A DNA stretch of 64,000 nt from Methanobacteriota archaeon. Its GTDB lineage: Archaea; Thermoplasmatota; Poseidoniia; Poseidoniales; Thalassarchaeaceae. Shown here in pieces: positions 9,007-19,710 of the stretch. The translations under genes were made by a program, and so were the position numbers. The stretch is taken from NCBI GenBank assembly GCA_016845345.1, contig JAERSV010000029.1, forward strand, positions 24,917-88,916, written 5' to 3'. The notes below the pieces were generated by a model. It was given only the letters and a program-made list of their open reading frames with translations. It was not told the origin of the DNA and searched no databases. Each line of letters begins with the position of its first letter. Within the stretch, counting starts at the first letter, position 1.

Positions 9007-11940
9007 TCAATTTTTGACACGGATAAATTTTAACAAAAATTTTCTAAATTCTTCTATCCAAAAGACAGATGAAGCAATTAAGCAAACTACAACCCAATCT
9101 GTCCATTCTAACGGAATCGTTGACAAGAAACTACCTATTGTAATACCAATGATTGGCACTAAAACAAAAGAACTTTGAACAATTGAGACCAGTAAAACAA
9201 GGCTTATTGCGAAAGAGGCACTAATGAACATATTTTGGAAGATTCCAAGTTCAAACGCAGATTTGTCAATACTTCTACTATTTACAACATTGAAAAGTTG
9301 GAACATAATAAACGTTGCAAAAGCAATTGTTCTAGCGTATTCAAACTTTGATTGAGCATGATTATCCCATGTCTCTACATCACAATTCCCATCCTCCAAG
9401 AAAAATTCTGGTGAAGTTTCTATATCGACTCCTTGGCATGCATCGCCAGAAATTAGCCCCCCACCAGCAAGTGAGAATATTGCTAAGGTTCCTAGAACCA
9501 TCACCACACCAAGGAAACCAATTACCCGTTTATCCATGACATTTGGTAAGGGTTCAGATAAGGCTCTAGGAGGTTCATTCATCACGTCACCGTGGCGTTT
9601 TTCAATACCTAAAGCTAGAGCAGGTGGCCCATCCATTAAAATGTTGATGACAAGTAACTGAGTTGCAGTCATTGGTAATTTCCAACCTAAAATCAAAGTG
9701 GCGATAATAATTAGTAAAACCGCCGCCACATTTGTTGAAATTTGATATCTGACGAAATTCCTAATGTTTAGGTAAATTTTTCGCCCTTCTTCAATAGAAC
9801 CAACAATTGATGAAAAGTCATCATCTTTCAATACCATATCCGCAGCATCTCTAGCGACATCTGTTCCAGCAATTCCCATTGCGATTCCTATATTCGCGCG
9901 AGATAACGCGGGCGCGTCGTTATCCCCATCACCTGTCATGGCAACGACGTGTCCGATTGATTGTAATCTAGTAACAATCCTTAATTTTTGGTCTGGTGTA
10001 ACCCGTGAAAACATCACAACTTTGTCCAGTTTGGAATCTAATTCTTCATCAGATAAATCTTGTAATTGCTTCCCAGTAAGGAATTCTGAATCATCTTTGA
10101 TAATTCCTATCTCATCACCGATAGCCATCGCAGTCATTTGTTGATCGCCGGTAATCATCATTACTCTGACTCCAGCAGCATCACACATTGAAATTGCATT
10201 GGCAACCTCTTTTCTAGGAGGGTCCATTATGCCAATTAAACCCAAGAAAATCAAACCTGATTCAACAGAGTCAACATCTTCCATATCCTCTTCGCCACTT
10301 AATGGACGAGCAGTCAATGCAATTACTCTCAGGGCTTGTGTGGCCATTTGTAGATTAACATCACCTATTCTATTCCGATGACCATCGCCAATCGGGATTA
10401 CCCGACCATCTTCAACGACATGGCTAATTCTTGAGAGATAAGGTCCTATCGCACCCTTAGAAAATACCCAGCGTTCACCTTCATACTCATGAATCGTTGT
10501 CATTCTTTTCCTTTCTCTGTCGAAAGTATATTCTCTGAACCTAGGATGGTTTCTCCTGAAAGTGTCTACTGACTCCGTCATCTTCCAACCAAATACTGCT
10601 GAGGCTATATCTGTTGGATTGCCAATTCCTCTCCATTCTTTGTCAATTTTCCTAACATTACTATTTTGGCAAAGTAAAGAACACGCCATTGCTAATTTGA
10701 ATCCCTTTTGAACTTTTAATTCTGCGAAATCTTGTTCTGAAATTTCTTTATTTTCTATACTTAATTTGCCATGTGTTGGGTCAAATCCAGACCCTGAAAC
10801 AGAGTATAGTTCATCACCACAGAAAAATGAACGTACTGACATTTCATTACGCGTAAGCGTACCTGTTTTATCTGTGCAAATTATTGTTGCTGAGCCCAAG
10901 GTTTCAACTACTTTCATTCTTGAAACAATCGCATTTCTTGCTGACATATTTTGCATACCTATGGCTAATGTAATTACTAAAATAATTGGTAATCCCTCGG
11001 GCACAATTGCCACAAAGATGACTACTGCAATTATGAATTGGTCAGCGATAATTTCCTTCAGGGCTGTGCCCGTAACTCCATTCACTATTGAGAGGGTAAT
11101 AGTAAATCCAACGATAATTACAGCAGAAATAATAGCAATCATTGCGAGATATCTGCCTAATGAGCCTAATTTGATTTCAAGAGGTGTTTTTGGAGTTTCT
11201 ACTTCACTTAAACCGGTGGCAATGTCTCCAACTCTTGTCTCCATGCCGGTTTTTACTACGACTCCTAAACCACGTCCAGATGATACAACTGTTCCCATGA
11301 AAGCCATGTTAGACATTTCTTGCAGGATAGAATCTTCTTCAGAAGGTTTTATTTCTTTGTACACAACATTTGATTCCCCAGTTAATGAAGATTCATCTAT
11401 TGATAATTGATGTACTTCAAGCAATCTAATATCTGCTGGCACATTTAGGCCGTCTTCTAACCAGACGATGTCTCCTGGCACAACTTCTTCAATCGATAAA
11501 CGGTGTTCCATTCCATCGCGTAGTACAATACAATGGCAAACCAGTAATTTCTTCAGAGAATCCATTGCTCTCTCGGCTTTCGCCTCTTGAATATATGATA
11601 AAACCGCGTTTAAAGTTAAAGCAATACAAATAAAAATTGGAGTCCCTAGGTCTTCTCTGTCAGCAATAAATGCGATAATTGCTGCGGCTAACAACAAATA
11701 CACCATAGGATCTCTAAAGTGGTCTAACATTTTGAATAAAGGATGGCGGGGTTTTTTCCCTTCTAATTTATTTTCACCATAAGTTTCTCGCCGGTTGACT
11801 ACTTCTTCGGTTGAAAGACCATCAACTGTGGTATTCAAATTTGAAAATACATCATCCAATGGCATGGAATGCCAAAGTGGCTCTGTGGAGTCACTTTCTG
11901 ATTTTGTACTTGAATCTAGAGATGGCATCCGCTCGCCCAT
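9007..11940 (-). CDS. P-type (IIA, Ca2+-type) cation-transporting ATPase
   Basis: DESSLTGES, PEGL, DKTGTLT, DPPR, MITGD, TGDGDNDAPAL, QLLVINILMDGPPALALG. Confidence 0.92.
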   Translation of the reverse strand: MGERMPSLDSSTKSESDSTEPLWHSMPLDDVFSNLNTTVDGLSTEEVVNRRETYGENKLEGKKPRHPLFKMLDHFRDPMVYLLLAAAIIAFIADREDLGTPIFICIALTLNAVLSYIQEAKAERAMDSLKKLLVCHCIVLRDGMEHRLSIEEVVPGDIVWLEDGLNVPADIRLLEVHQLSIDESSLTGESNVVYKEIKPSEEDSILQEMSNMAFMGTVVSSGRGLGVVVKTGMETRVGDIATGLSEVETPKTPLEIKLGSLGRYLAMIAIISAVIIVGFTITLSIVNGVTGTALKEIIADQFIIAVVIFVAIVPEGLPIILVITLAIGMQNMSARNAIVSRMKVVETLGSATIICTDKTGTLTRNEMSVRSFFCGDELYSVSGSGFDPTHGKLSIENKEISEQDFAELKVQKGFKLAMACSLLCQNSNVRKIDKEWRGIGNPTDIASAVFGWKMTESVDTFRRNHPRFREYTFDRERKRMTTIHEYEGERWVFSKGAIGPYLSRISHVVEDGRVIPIGDGHRNRIGDVNLQMATQALRVIALTARPLSGEEDMEDVDSVESGLIFLGLIGIMDPPRKEVANAISMCDAAGVRVMMITGDQQMTAMAIGDEIGIIKDDSEFLTGKQLQDLSDEELDSKLDKVVMFSRVTPDQKLRIVTRLQSIGHVVAMTGDGDNDAPALSRANIGIAMGIAGTDVARDAADMVLKDDDFSSIVGSIEEGRKIYLNIRNFVRYQISTNVAAVLLIIIATLILGWKLPMTATQLLVINILMDGPPALALGIEKRHGDVMNEPPRALSEPLPNVMDKRVIGFLGVVMVLGTLAIFSLAGGGLISGDACQGVDIETSPEFFLEDGNCDVETWDNHAQSKFEYARTIAFATFIMFQLFNVVNSRSIDKSAFELGIFQNMFISASFAISLVLLVSIVQSSFVLVPIIGITIGSFLSTIPLEWTDWVVVCLIASSVFWIEEFRKFLLKFIRVKN

Positions 11941-12045
11941 CAGGAGCACATTAGGAGACCTATTTGTAGACGCGGGTCAATTTCCAATTCCAAAACATAA
12001 CAGTTTCATCCGTAGCATTGACTAACTAATCCCCCTGCGAAGAGC

Positions 12046-14118
12046 ATGGGTGAGTTCCAGCCGTATGTACCAGCGTCTGAAACTCTTCCCGAATTAACCA
12101 TTCGAGCAATTCTCCTTGGGCTGGTATTAGGTGCATTGATGACAGCCGCAAATACATATCTTGGCCTCTATATTGGAATGACTGTTTCGGCCTCAATTCC
12201 AGCCGCGGTTATGTCGATGCTACTTCTGCGTATGTTTCGTTTCAAAGATGTCAGCATTCTAGAAAACAATGTTGTTCAAACAATGACATCTGCTGGAGAA
12301 AGTTTAGCGGCTGGAGTAATATTCACGATGCCTGCACTACTAGTAATGGGTAAAGATATGGACACAATGACAACATTCATTGTAGCAATACTTGGTGGTA
12401 TACTCGGAACGATATTCACAATCACATTACGTAGAGTGTTTATTGTTGAAGAAGCACTCCTTTATCCCGAAGGAATCGCCTGTGAGGAAGTTCTTATCGC
12501 AGGAGAAAAAGGTGGATCTCAACTCATCGTAATTCTTTATGCCTTGGGTCTAGGTGCACTTTATGGCTGGATGGTAAAAGGATTTGAGTTGACACAAGCA
12601 AAAGTCGAAGTCGCTGTCGAAATCGTTGGTGTGAGAATATATTCAGCCCTAGACTATTCACTTTCTTTAGTTGCAGTTGGATGGATTGTAGGCTTGAATA
12701 TAGCATCCTACATTTTCTTCGGCGCAGTACTTGGTGTATTCATTTTAACCCCAATTTATGGGATGACTTATGGTTGGCCGGTTGATACGGATTTGGCTCA
12801 CGGGTTCAAGACTCTCTGGTCCACACATATACGATTCGTTGGTGTTGGGTGTATGGTCGTGGGGGGGCTATGGACTCTCATCGACATGAGGAAAACAATT
12901 TCTAGTGGACTCAGGAAGGCTTTAGGTTCAGGCATAGCTGATTCAGAAATATCCACATTACGAACCGAGCAAGATATTCCTATGAATCGAGCATTCATTG
13001 GACTCGTAATCGTTGCAGTTTTGACTTTTATTTTCTATTGGTGGAAAACCGGTTCTTTGACATTAGCAATTGTCGGTGCGATATTTTTAGCAATCACCGC
13101 GTTCTTCTTTTCTGCAGTTGCTGGATATATTGCTGGAGTTGTTGGCTCATCAAACTCCCCAGTTTCAGGCATGACAATTGCAACTTTGATGGCTACATCT
13201 CTTGTTGTTTGGATAGTTGGTGGATTGATTCTAGATATGGCGCAAGAAGATTTGATGTACGCTACTCTGATTATTGCTTCAGTTGTTGCCGTCAATGCTG
13301 CCATTGCAGGAGATGTGATGCAGGATTTGAAGACAGGCCACTTAGTTGGCGCCACACCTTGGAAACAACAAACTGCTGAACTTATCGGAGTTATTGTCGG
13401 TGCCATTGTTGCGCCACTCACACTTACAGTTTTGAACGAGGCATTCAGAATCACTCCGACACATTGTACAGCAAATCCACATCCAGAATGGGGTTGCTCC
13501 AAAGTATTGGAAGCACCGCAAGCAGAAATAATTGGGACTTTAATAGAAGGATTATTTGGAGGCACTGTAAATTATCCAATGCTATTTCTCGGAATTGTTG
13601 TGGCGGCAATCATAATCGGTTCTAGATGGTATCTAGGGAAAAATGGGCCCTCCCTACCGATTATGTCAATAGCAATTGGAATGTATTTGCCATTTTACCT
13701 GTCTTCAACAATTTTCCTTGGAGGTATATTGAACCATTTGGTGACAAGAACAACACACCTGCGAGTCGATGGAACCTTGAAGGGGGAACCGTCACAATCA
13801 GCTATCACTTCTGGAAAAGAATTAGTCAGTCGCGGTACTCTATTATCTGCCGGATTAATTGCGGGGGAAGCCCTAATGGGCGTTTTAATAGCAGTATTCA
13901 TCATAATTGGAATACCTCCCAATGGTTGGATACCCTTCCTCGGCACCCTTGGACCAGTCCTCTCAACGGTGTTCTTTTTGTGGTTCTTTGGAGTGTTTAC
14001 TTGGCTTGTAACAAGAAGCCTCCCTCCAGCTAAAAGACCATTCTCTTTACTGTTTAATTGGGCGGCTGTAGTCGTAGATGGGGCTCGTAGAATAATCAAC
14101 AAAGTGATGGTTCCTTGA
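12046..14118 (+). CDS. OPT-family oligopeptide transporter
   Basis: ELTIRA, NTYLGLYIGMTVSASIPAAV, ENNVVQT, LLYPEG, SNSPVSG, MQDLKTG..VGATPWKQQ; many TM helices. Confidence 0.92.
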   Translation: MGEFQPYVPASETLPELTIRAILLGLVLGALMTAANTYLGLYIGMTVSASIPAAVMSMLLLRMFRFKDVSILENNVVQTMTSAGESLAAGVIFTMPALLVMGKDMDTMTTFIVAILGGILGTIFTITLRRVFIVEEALLYPEGIACEEVLIAGEKGGSQLIVILYALGLGALYGWMVKGFELTQAKVEVAVEIVGVRIYSALDYSLSLVAVGWIVGLNIASYIFFGAVLGVFILTPIYGMTYGWPVDTDLAHGFKTLWSTHIRFVGVGCMVVGGLWTLIDMRKTISSGLRKALGSGIADSEISTLRTEQDIPMNRAFIGLVIVAVLTFIFYWWKTGSLTLAIVGAIFLAITAFFFSAVAGYIAGVVGSSNSPVSGMTIATLMATSLVVWIVGGLILDMAQEDLMYATLIIASVVAVNAAIAGDVMQDLKTGHLVGATPWKQQTAELIGVIVGAIVAPLTLTVLNEAFRITPTHCTANPHPEWGCSKVLEAPQAEIIGTLIEGLFGGTVNYPMLFLGIVVAAIIIGSRWYLGKNGPSLPIMSIAIGMYLPFYLSSTIFLGGILNHLVTRTTHLRVDGTLKGEPSQSAITSGKELVSRGTLLSAGLIAGEALMGVLIAVFIIIGIPPNGWIPFLGTLGPVLSTVFFLWFFGVFTWLVTRSLPPAKRPFSLLFNWAAVVVDGARRIINKVMVP

Positions 14119-14191
14119 TTCTCTAGTTTCGATTGTGATTAGAAACCATCAAAGGCTTACGGAAATGCAACCCCGATGGGGAACAACTGTG

Positions 14192-15034
14192 ATGAGTTCA
14201 GAAAATGAGAGCAAAGAAGGTATTTCGTCAATTGGCGAACTGCTTGAAACTGCCAAAAAATGTCGTAGAAACATAGTTGAGATGGTTCACCGCGCTAATG
14301 CAGGGCACCCAGGCGGCTCACTATCAGCGATTGATATTCTTGTAGCATTATACAAAACGAGAATGAACGTAGACCCTTACAATCCAGATGATCCTGAAAG
14401 AGACCGCTTCATTATGAGCAAGGGGCACGCATCCCCTGCTGTTTACGCAATTCTACATGAGATGGGATTCCTTACCGCGGAGGATTTGACTACATATCGT
14501 GTCATGGGTGGCGTTTGTCAGGGTCACGTAGATATGAAGTGGACTCCAGGTGTTGACTTTTCTGCAGGCAGTTTAGGAATGGGACTTTCCTTTGGGCTAG
14601 GTACCGCACTTGCGGCGACATTAGATGGTTCACCTCGTACTTCGTATGTGATGTTAGGAGATGGGGAATTACAAGAAGGACAAGTTTGGGAGGCCGCGAT
14701 GGCTGCAGTACATCATGAAGTTGGTAACCTCAAGGTTTTCGTCGATAGGAACCGAATTCAAAACGATGACTTTTGTGAAAATCAAATGAGAATGTTTGAT
14801 GTTGCTGCAAAATGGACAGGATTTGGTTGGGCCGTACATGAATGTGATGGCCATGACATGAATGCTATAGTTGAGTCAATTGAATGGATGGATTCTATTA
14901 CAGACAGGCCTGCAGTAGTCGTCGCTCACACAATCAAAGGAAAAGGTGTATCCTTCATGGAAGATAACCCATCTTTCCATGGAGCCGCTCCCAACGATGA
15001 ACAATTACTGATTGCAATGGAGGAATTAGAATGA
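14192..15034 (+). CDS. Transketolase, N-terminal (TPP-binding) subunit
   Basis: GHPGGSLS, DRFIMSKGHASP, GSLGMG, GDGELQEGQVWEA, HTIKGKG. Confidence 0.93.
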   Translation: MSSENESKEGISSIGELLETAKKCRRNIVEMVHRANAGHPGGSLSAIDILVALYKTRMNVDPYNPDDPERDRFIMSKGHASPAVYAILHEMGFLTAEDLTTYRVMGGVCQGHVDMKWTPGVDFSAGSLGMGLSFGLGTALAATLDGSPRTSYVMLGDGELQEGQVWEAAMAAVHHEVGNLKVFVDRNRIQNDDFCENQMRMFDVAAKWTGFGWAVHECDGHDMNAIVESIEWMDSITDRPAVVVAHTIKGKGVSFMEDNPSFHGAAPNDEQLLIAMEELE

Positions 15035-15966
15035 CTTTAGTTGCTTCGAGAGATGGGTATGGCTCTGCGCTGGTTAAACTTGCTTCTGACCCTGAAATTA
15101 TTGTGGTTGAAGCTGATTTGGGTAAATCAACTAAAAGTCAAAACTTCAGAAAGTTACACCCTGAGAGAACGATTTCCTTAGGCATTGCAGAACAGAATAT
15201 GATGTTAGTTTCAGCTGGTTTAGCAACTAGTGGATACAAACCGTTCGCTTCAACATTCGCAATATTTACTGAACGGGCTTTTGAACAAGTCCGTAATGGT
15301 ATTGCAAGACCAAATATTCCAGTTCACATATGCGGTAGTCACGGAGGAATACACACTGGGACAGATGGTTCTTCAGCACAATCTATCGAAGATCTTGCTA
15401 TCTATCGTAGTTTACCAAATATGGTGGTCATGCATCCTAGTGATTTCAACAGCACAGAACAGTTGACAATTCAATTAGCTAAGACCAATTCACCCTCTTA
15501 TACACGGACAGCAAGAAATAAAACACCGGTGATTTATGATGAAGATGCAGCCTCCAAATTACAAATCGGGAAAGGCGCAATCCTAGTTCAAGGTGGAGAT
15601 GTCGCGATTATTGCTTGTGGTGTCATGGTTTCGAAAGCACTTGAAGCCGCTGAATTGCTATCAGAGAACGGAATCAGTGCAACAGTTGTAGACATGCATA
15701 CAATAAAGCCACTCGATCGCAATTTAATTTCATCACTATCAGAACAATGTGGCTGTTTTGTTACCGCCGAAGACCACTCAGTTATCGGTGGACTTGGTGG
15801 AGCAGTCGCTGAGCATTTAGTTGAAAATTGTCCCGCCCCACTAGAACGGGTAGGTGTTTCAGATCACTTCGGCCAATCAGGTGATGGTGATGAATTGTTG
15901 GAAGAATTTTCAATGGGAATGAGCCATATAGTTGCAGCAGCACAACGAGTCATTAATCGTAAATAA
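15031..15966 (+). CDS. Transketolase, C-terminal subunit
   Basis: ADLGKST, GIAEQNM, DGSSAQ, TIKPLD, EDHSVIGGLG; overlaps the stop of the N-terminal subunit. Confidence 0.93.
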   Translation: MTLVASRDGYGSALVKLASDPEIIVVEADLGKSTKSQNFRKLHPERTISLGIAEQNMMLVSAGLATSGYKPFASTFAIFTERAFEQVRNGIARPNIPVHICGSHGGIHTGTDGSSAQSIEDLAIYRSLPNMVVMHPSDFNSTEQLTIQLAKTNSPSYTRTARNKTPVIYDEDAASKLQIGKGAILVQGGDVAIIACGVMVSKALEAAELLSENGISATVVDMHTIKPLDRNLISSLSEQCGCFVTAEDHSVIGGLGGAVAEHLVENCPAPLERVGVSDHFGQSGDGDELLEEFSMGMSHIVAAAQRVINRK

Positions 15967-16041
15967 GTAGTGATTTCAAAAATTGCTCAATCAATGCTTT
16001 GATGAACAAATAGCATTTCCACTAGGGTAGGAGCGCAATCC

Positions 16042-16596
16042 ATGGGTGACAATTCAGAGGAATTGAAGAAGTTGCTAGACGGGGAATTAAGCCCCGATGC
16101 GCTAGAAGAGGACCCCATCCTTGCTAAATTAGCGGAGAGAATTTATGGTGAAGAATTCCTTGAAAAAATGGGATTATCCAGAGGTGAGTCAAAGCGCGCT
16201 CTTTCTGAGAGCCTTTCTGATGATGATGGCGATGATTTATTGATAGAAGTCATCCCTCCTTTTGAATCTGAAATAGAACCCTTTGAGGCTCCTACTTCTT
16301 TACCAAGCAGGCCAGAAAAGACTGGGCTGAGCAAGTTGGGCTTAGGTATTGGTTTCACAATCTTAACCGCGGGGGTTGCTAATCTATTCGGTCTACTTTC
16401 ATTCTTAGGAAAAGGGTGTACTGGGGGAGGATGCCCAGTGGATGGGCACACTCGAATGAATTGGGCAAGCCTTGGCCAACTTAGTGATGGTTGGGGTTGG
16501 TCCCAACCTGTTTTAGAAGGAAGTATAGGGATTCCTGATTTGGGTGTAATCGGAATCGGCATTATTGCTTTACTTTGGACTTATATGAAAAGGTAA
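16042..16596 (+). CDS. Hypothetical membrane protein
   Basis: 184 aa; acidic N-terminus, two hydrophobic segments, CTGGGC loop; GGAG SD. Confidence 0.65.
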   Translation: MGDNSEELKKLLDGELSPDALEEDPILAKLAERIYGEEFLEKMGLSRGESKRALSESLSDDDGDDLLIEVIPPFESEIEPFEAPTSLPSRPEKTGLSKLGLGIGFTILTAGVANLFGLLSFLGKGCTGGGCPVDGHTRMNWASLGQLSDGWGWSQPVLEGSIGIPDLGVIGIGIIALLWTYMKR

Positions 16597-16614
16597 ACAG
16601 GGATTTCCTGCCTA

Positions 16615-18108
16615 TCAATACATTCGGGCAAGATGATTTCTCTTTGTTGTCATTTTACCACTTATAATACAAGGTTTCTCCTCTTCGAATTGAGTCATAC
16701 ATTCCCCAAGAATTGTTAATCCGGTTGTTTTTTCCAGAGTCTCGGCATCAGCATCACTTCCGCCAAATGCAATTTCGTAAATCATTCCTTCTTTGATTTC
16801 AGTCTCTAAGGATTCCATCGGAGTCACCATTTCATCCATAATTGATGATGTTCTGGACTCTAATTCTGATTCAATCGCTTTGAGTTCATTAGAAACTTCA
16901 ACAACAATATCCTGTATATTGATTGGTTGTTTCCCACCAGTTCTTCTGGCTGCAAATGCAGTGCCATTTTCAATGTCCCGTGGCCCTATCTCTAATCTAA
17001 GGGGTACGCCCTTGATTTCCCAATCATAGAATTTTTTGCCGGCTCTTTTATCTCGGTCATCAATATGAACTCGAAGTCCTGAAGATCTGAGTTTATCTGA
17101 TATTGAAGTTACAGTTTCCATTACTGCCTCACTTTTGTGGGCTGCGACAGGAATCAATACTACATGGATGGGAGCAGATTTCGGAGGGAAAATTAAGCCA
17201 TTATCATCTCCGTGGGTTCCCACGACTGCTCCTAGTAATCTTTCAGACATACCGTATGTAGTCTGGTGACAATTTTTGTGATTCCCATCAACATCTTCGT
17301 AGGTCATACCAAAAGCCTCAGCCCACTGATCACGATAATGATGGCAAGAAGCAACCTGAAGGGTTCTGCCATTGGGCATAATCACATCAATTGCAATGGT
17401 GTACCATGCACCTGGAAAAGTATCCCATACAGGTCGTTTTGAAATGATGACAGGTAGACAAAGGTCTGACATGATATTATCTACAATCTCAAGGTCTTCC
17501 TCAATTTGAGCAGACGCGTCCGCCTCGTCTTTGTGAGCAGTATGAGCCTCAAAGAAATGTATCTCCCTAACCCTGATAAACGTGCGAGTTTGTTTTGTCT
17601 CATATCGGAAAGTATTGACGATTTGGTAGGTCTTTAGTGGTAAGTCTGAGTGACTTCTTATCCATAATGGGAACAGCGTGTACATCGCCGTCTCCGAAGT
17701 AGGGCGTAGAAACATAGGCACATCAAGTTCTGTTTCACCTGCGTGCTTTACCCAATAGACTTCTTTGCTAAACCCTTCTACTTCCTCATCAAATCTAAGT
17801 TCGCTGACATCGATCCCAGCCTCTCGCGCGGCTTGTAATCTAGCCACAAGTTGATTTTCTTTTTCCAAGAGGTCTTCAGGAATTAAAAGTGGAAAGTTGA
17901 CTTCATCGTGACCAGTTCTCTCCATTTCAGCATGAGTTAATGCATCAATGTATTTCATCGCCTTCCAACCATATGGCCGCCAAACATCCATTCCTTTGAT
18001 TGGATATCTCTTATCTACGAGGTCAGCGATTTCCACGATTGCGGGGTACCAAGCATTGAAATCAGCCTTTGCCGGAATTCCCCGCTTTGCTTTGCCCTGC
18101 TCACCCAT
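16615..18108 (-). CDS. proS: Proline--tRNA ligase (archaeal/eukaryotic type)
   Basis: RYPIKG, LRPTSET, FRYETKQTRTFIRVREI, QTTYGMSERLLGA, WEIKGVPLR, terminal ARMY. Confidence 0.95.
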   Translation of the reverse strand: MGEQGKAKRGIPAKADFNAWYPAIVEIADLVDKRYPIKGMDVWRPYGWKAMKYIDALTHAEMERTGHDEVNFPLLIPEDLLEKENQLVARLQAAREAGIDVSELRFDEEVEGFSKEVYWVKHAGETELDVPMFLRPTSETAMYTLFPLWIRSHSDLPLKTYQIVNTFRYETKQTRTFIRVREIHFFEAHTAHKDEADASAQIEEDLEIVDNIMSDLCLPVIISKRPVWDTFPGAWYTIAIDVIMPNGRTLQVASCHHYRDQWAEAFGMTYEDVDGNHKNCHQTTYGMSERLLGAVVGTHGDDNGLIFPPKSAPIHVVLIPVAAHKSEAVMETVTSISDKLRSSGLRVHIDDRDKRAGKKFYDWEIKGVPLRLEIGPRDIENGTAFAARRTGGKQPINIQDIVVEVSNELKAIESELESRTSSIMDEMVTPMESLETEIKEGMIYEIAFGGSDADAETLEKTTGLTILGECMTQFEEEKPCIISGKMTTKRNHLARMY

Positions 18109-18140
18109 GTTGTCGGCGGCCTACCCATCCGGCTTGAATA

Positions 18141-18431
18141 CTACGCTACTAAATCCGTGTTAGGAGGGCTAGTTGGATTGAATATAGCGAGTACCGCAGC
18201 CGCCATCCAAACCAATTCTAGTACAACGAATGCCCATTCTCCTGTATGTAATGCTCTGACCCCCAATATTGCTGAGCCAACAGCCATCAAAATTAGATAC
18301 TTCATGCCTCTACTATTGAGGTAACCTCTGGTTTCTAAAATAAATGCGATGAGAATACACAACATTCCGACATAGGATGCAATACTTGTAATGGGTTCGA
18401 GGCTATCAAAGGCGATCGTTGATTCAGTCAT
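18141..18431 (-). CDS. Small three-TM membrane protein (CBU_0592-like)
   Basis: GMLCILIAF...Y...GS...W.FVVLE.VW pattern; start overlaps the coaBC stop. Confidence 0.55.
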   Translation of the reverse strand: MTESTIAFDSLEPITSIASYVGMLCILIAFILETRGYLNSRGMKYLILMAVGSAILGVRALHTGEWAFVVLELVWMAAAVLAIFNPTSPPNTDLVA

Positions 18432-19632
18432 CTCTTGCTTCTGATAATTTGTTGTCAATTACTTTTGCCATAGATAAATTATCCTTAAGGTCGATTATTG
18501 CACCTTTTGCATCAACCCAAAATGCTCTAACTGGGCTATCTTTTACATGTTCTAAGTGATTAGCAATTACGGCACCTAATCCGTTATTTTGTAATGATTT
18601 TTGAGCTGATTCAATTAATTCATTCTTAGAAAATCCAGATTCTAATTTGAATCCTATTTTCATATCGTTCTTACATGATTCACTAATGATGTCAATATGT
18701 TTGTCTGACTTTTGTAATTCAATGGAGATATTATCTTTTCCGGATTTAATTTTTTCAGCAGTTGGATTTACTACTGTGTAGTCAAGAACTGCAGCAGAGA
18801 ATATCCATGTGTCCGGTGGATTATCACTTTGGGAGATATTCAAGAGTTCAGAAAGCATTGATTCAGGATCCTTACAATCCCTAATATCTGCATGGTTCAG
18901 GAGGGAACTTGTAGTCACAACTCCTTTCAATATAATTAATTCATGCCCCATTCTATAGAGATAATCAGCAATGTCAAAACCTGTTTGACCGCTTGAAGTA
19001 TTCTGAACCCACCTAACAGAATCAATTGGACTGCGAGTTGCTCCTAAAGTTAATGCAACCCGCCTTCTGTTTGAGCGGTTTTTGTTGATTATATTTGACA
19101 GTAAACCTACAATTTGCACAACATCTGGTTGTTTACGCCTACCTTCTTGTTCTTCACCCCAAAACACATGATGTCCAAATTTTCCTAATTCTCCACATAG
19201 GTCCTCTGTTACAATATCCTCAGATAGTGAGTTGTGCATACTTGGAACAAAGAGCATTGGTAATTTGCGGCCACGCGCAGCAGTAAGCGCCATTTGCATC
19301 GGTGTATCTAGAATGCCATGAATATGGCAACCGATTGTATGTCTTGTGGCAGGGCATACCAAAACCGCATCCACCAAGTCAAGTTGAGCCATATCAGAAT
19401 CCCAATCAGTGACGACTTGAGACTGGCTAGCCCATTCAATTGCTAAAGGAGAAATAATCTCTTGGGCTGAATGAGTCATGACGACTGTGATTTGTGCTCC
19501 ATGACGTCGTAATTCCCTAAGCAATCTAACACTATCGACAACTGCAATTCCACCACTAATGGCGACTAAAATGTGTTTATCCTCTAAAGAGTCTGATGCA
19601 ACATCGACACCGATGTCACTTGTATCACTCAT
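18424..19632 (-). CDS. coaBC: Bifunctional phosphopantothenoylcysteine decarboxylase/synthetase
   Basis: ILVAISGGIA, VCPAT, PSMH, GATRSPIDSVRWVQNTSSGQTG, SAAVLDY, KIKSG, IGFKLE. Start moved to ATG 19632. Confidence 0.9.
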   Translation of the reverse strand: MSDTSDIGVDVASDSLEDKHILVAISGGIAVVDSVRLLRELRRHGAQITVVMTHSAQEIISPLAIEWASQSQVVTDWDSDMAQLDLVDAVLVCPATRHTIGCHIHGILDTPMQMALTAARGRKLPMLFVPSMHNSLSEDIVTEDLCGELGKFGHHVFWGEEQEGRRKQPDVVQIVGLLSNIINKNRSNRRRVALTLGATRSPIDSVRWVQNTSSGQTGFDIADYLYRMGHELIILKGVVTTSSLLNHADIRDCKDPESMLSELLNISQSDNPPDTWIFSAAVLDYTVVNPTAEKIKSGKDNISIELQKSDKHIDIISESCKNDMKIGFKLESGFSKNELIESAQKSLQNNGLGAVIANHLEHVKDSPVRAFWVDAKGAIIDLKDNLSMAKVIDNKLSEARDD

Positions 19633-19710
19633 TATTTGGTGGGGTTTGGTTGTCTCCTTTACGGCTATCGGTTCCATCAAACTGAATTAGTTTGTCTAAT
19701 TGGACAGGGT

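Noticed and set aside
10766..11410. Long antisense ORFs (also 13035-13565, 41587-42090, 54732-55397, 62370-62891 and others)
   Set aside because: They lie wholly opposite well-supported genes and show no recognisable motifs.
14192..15966. Transketolase in two ORFs as a possible frameshift
   Set aside because: Split transketolase is normal in archaea; the second gene has its own GGAGG SD and an overlapping start.
19130..19260. CoaC domain lacks the bacterial ACGxxGxG Cys motif and has PSMH
   Set aside because: This is a common state in archaeal CoaBC and is not evidence of a pseudogene.
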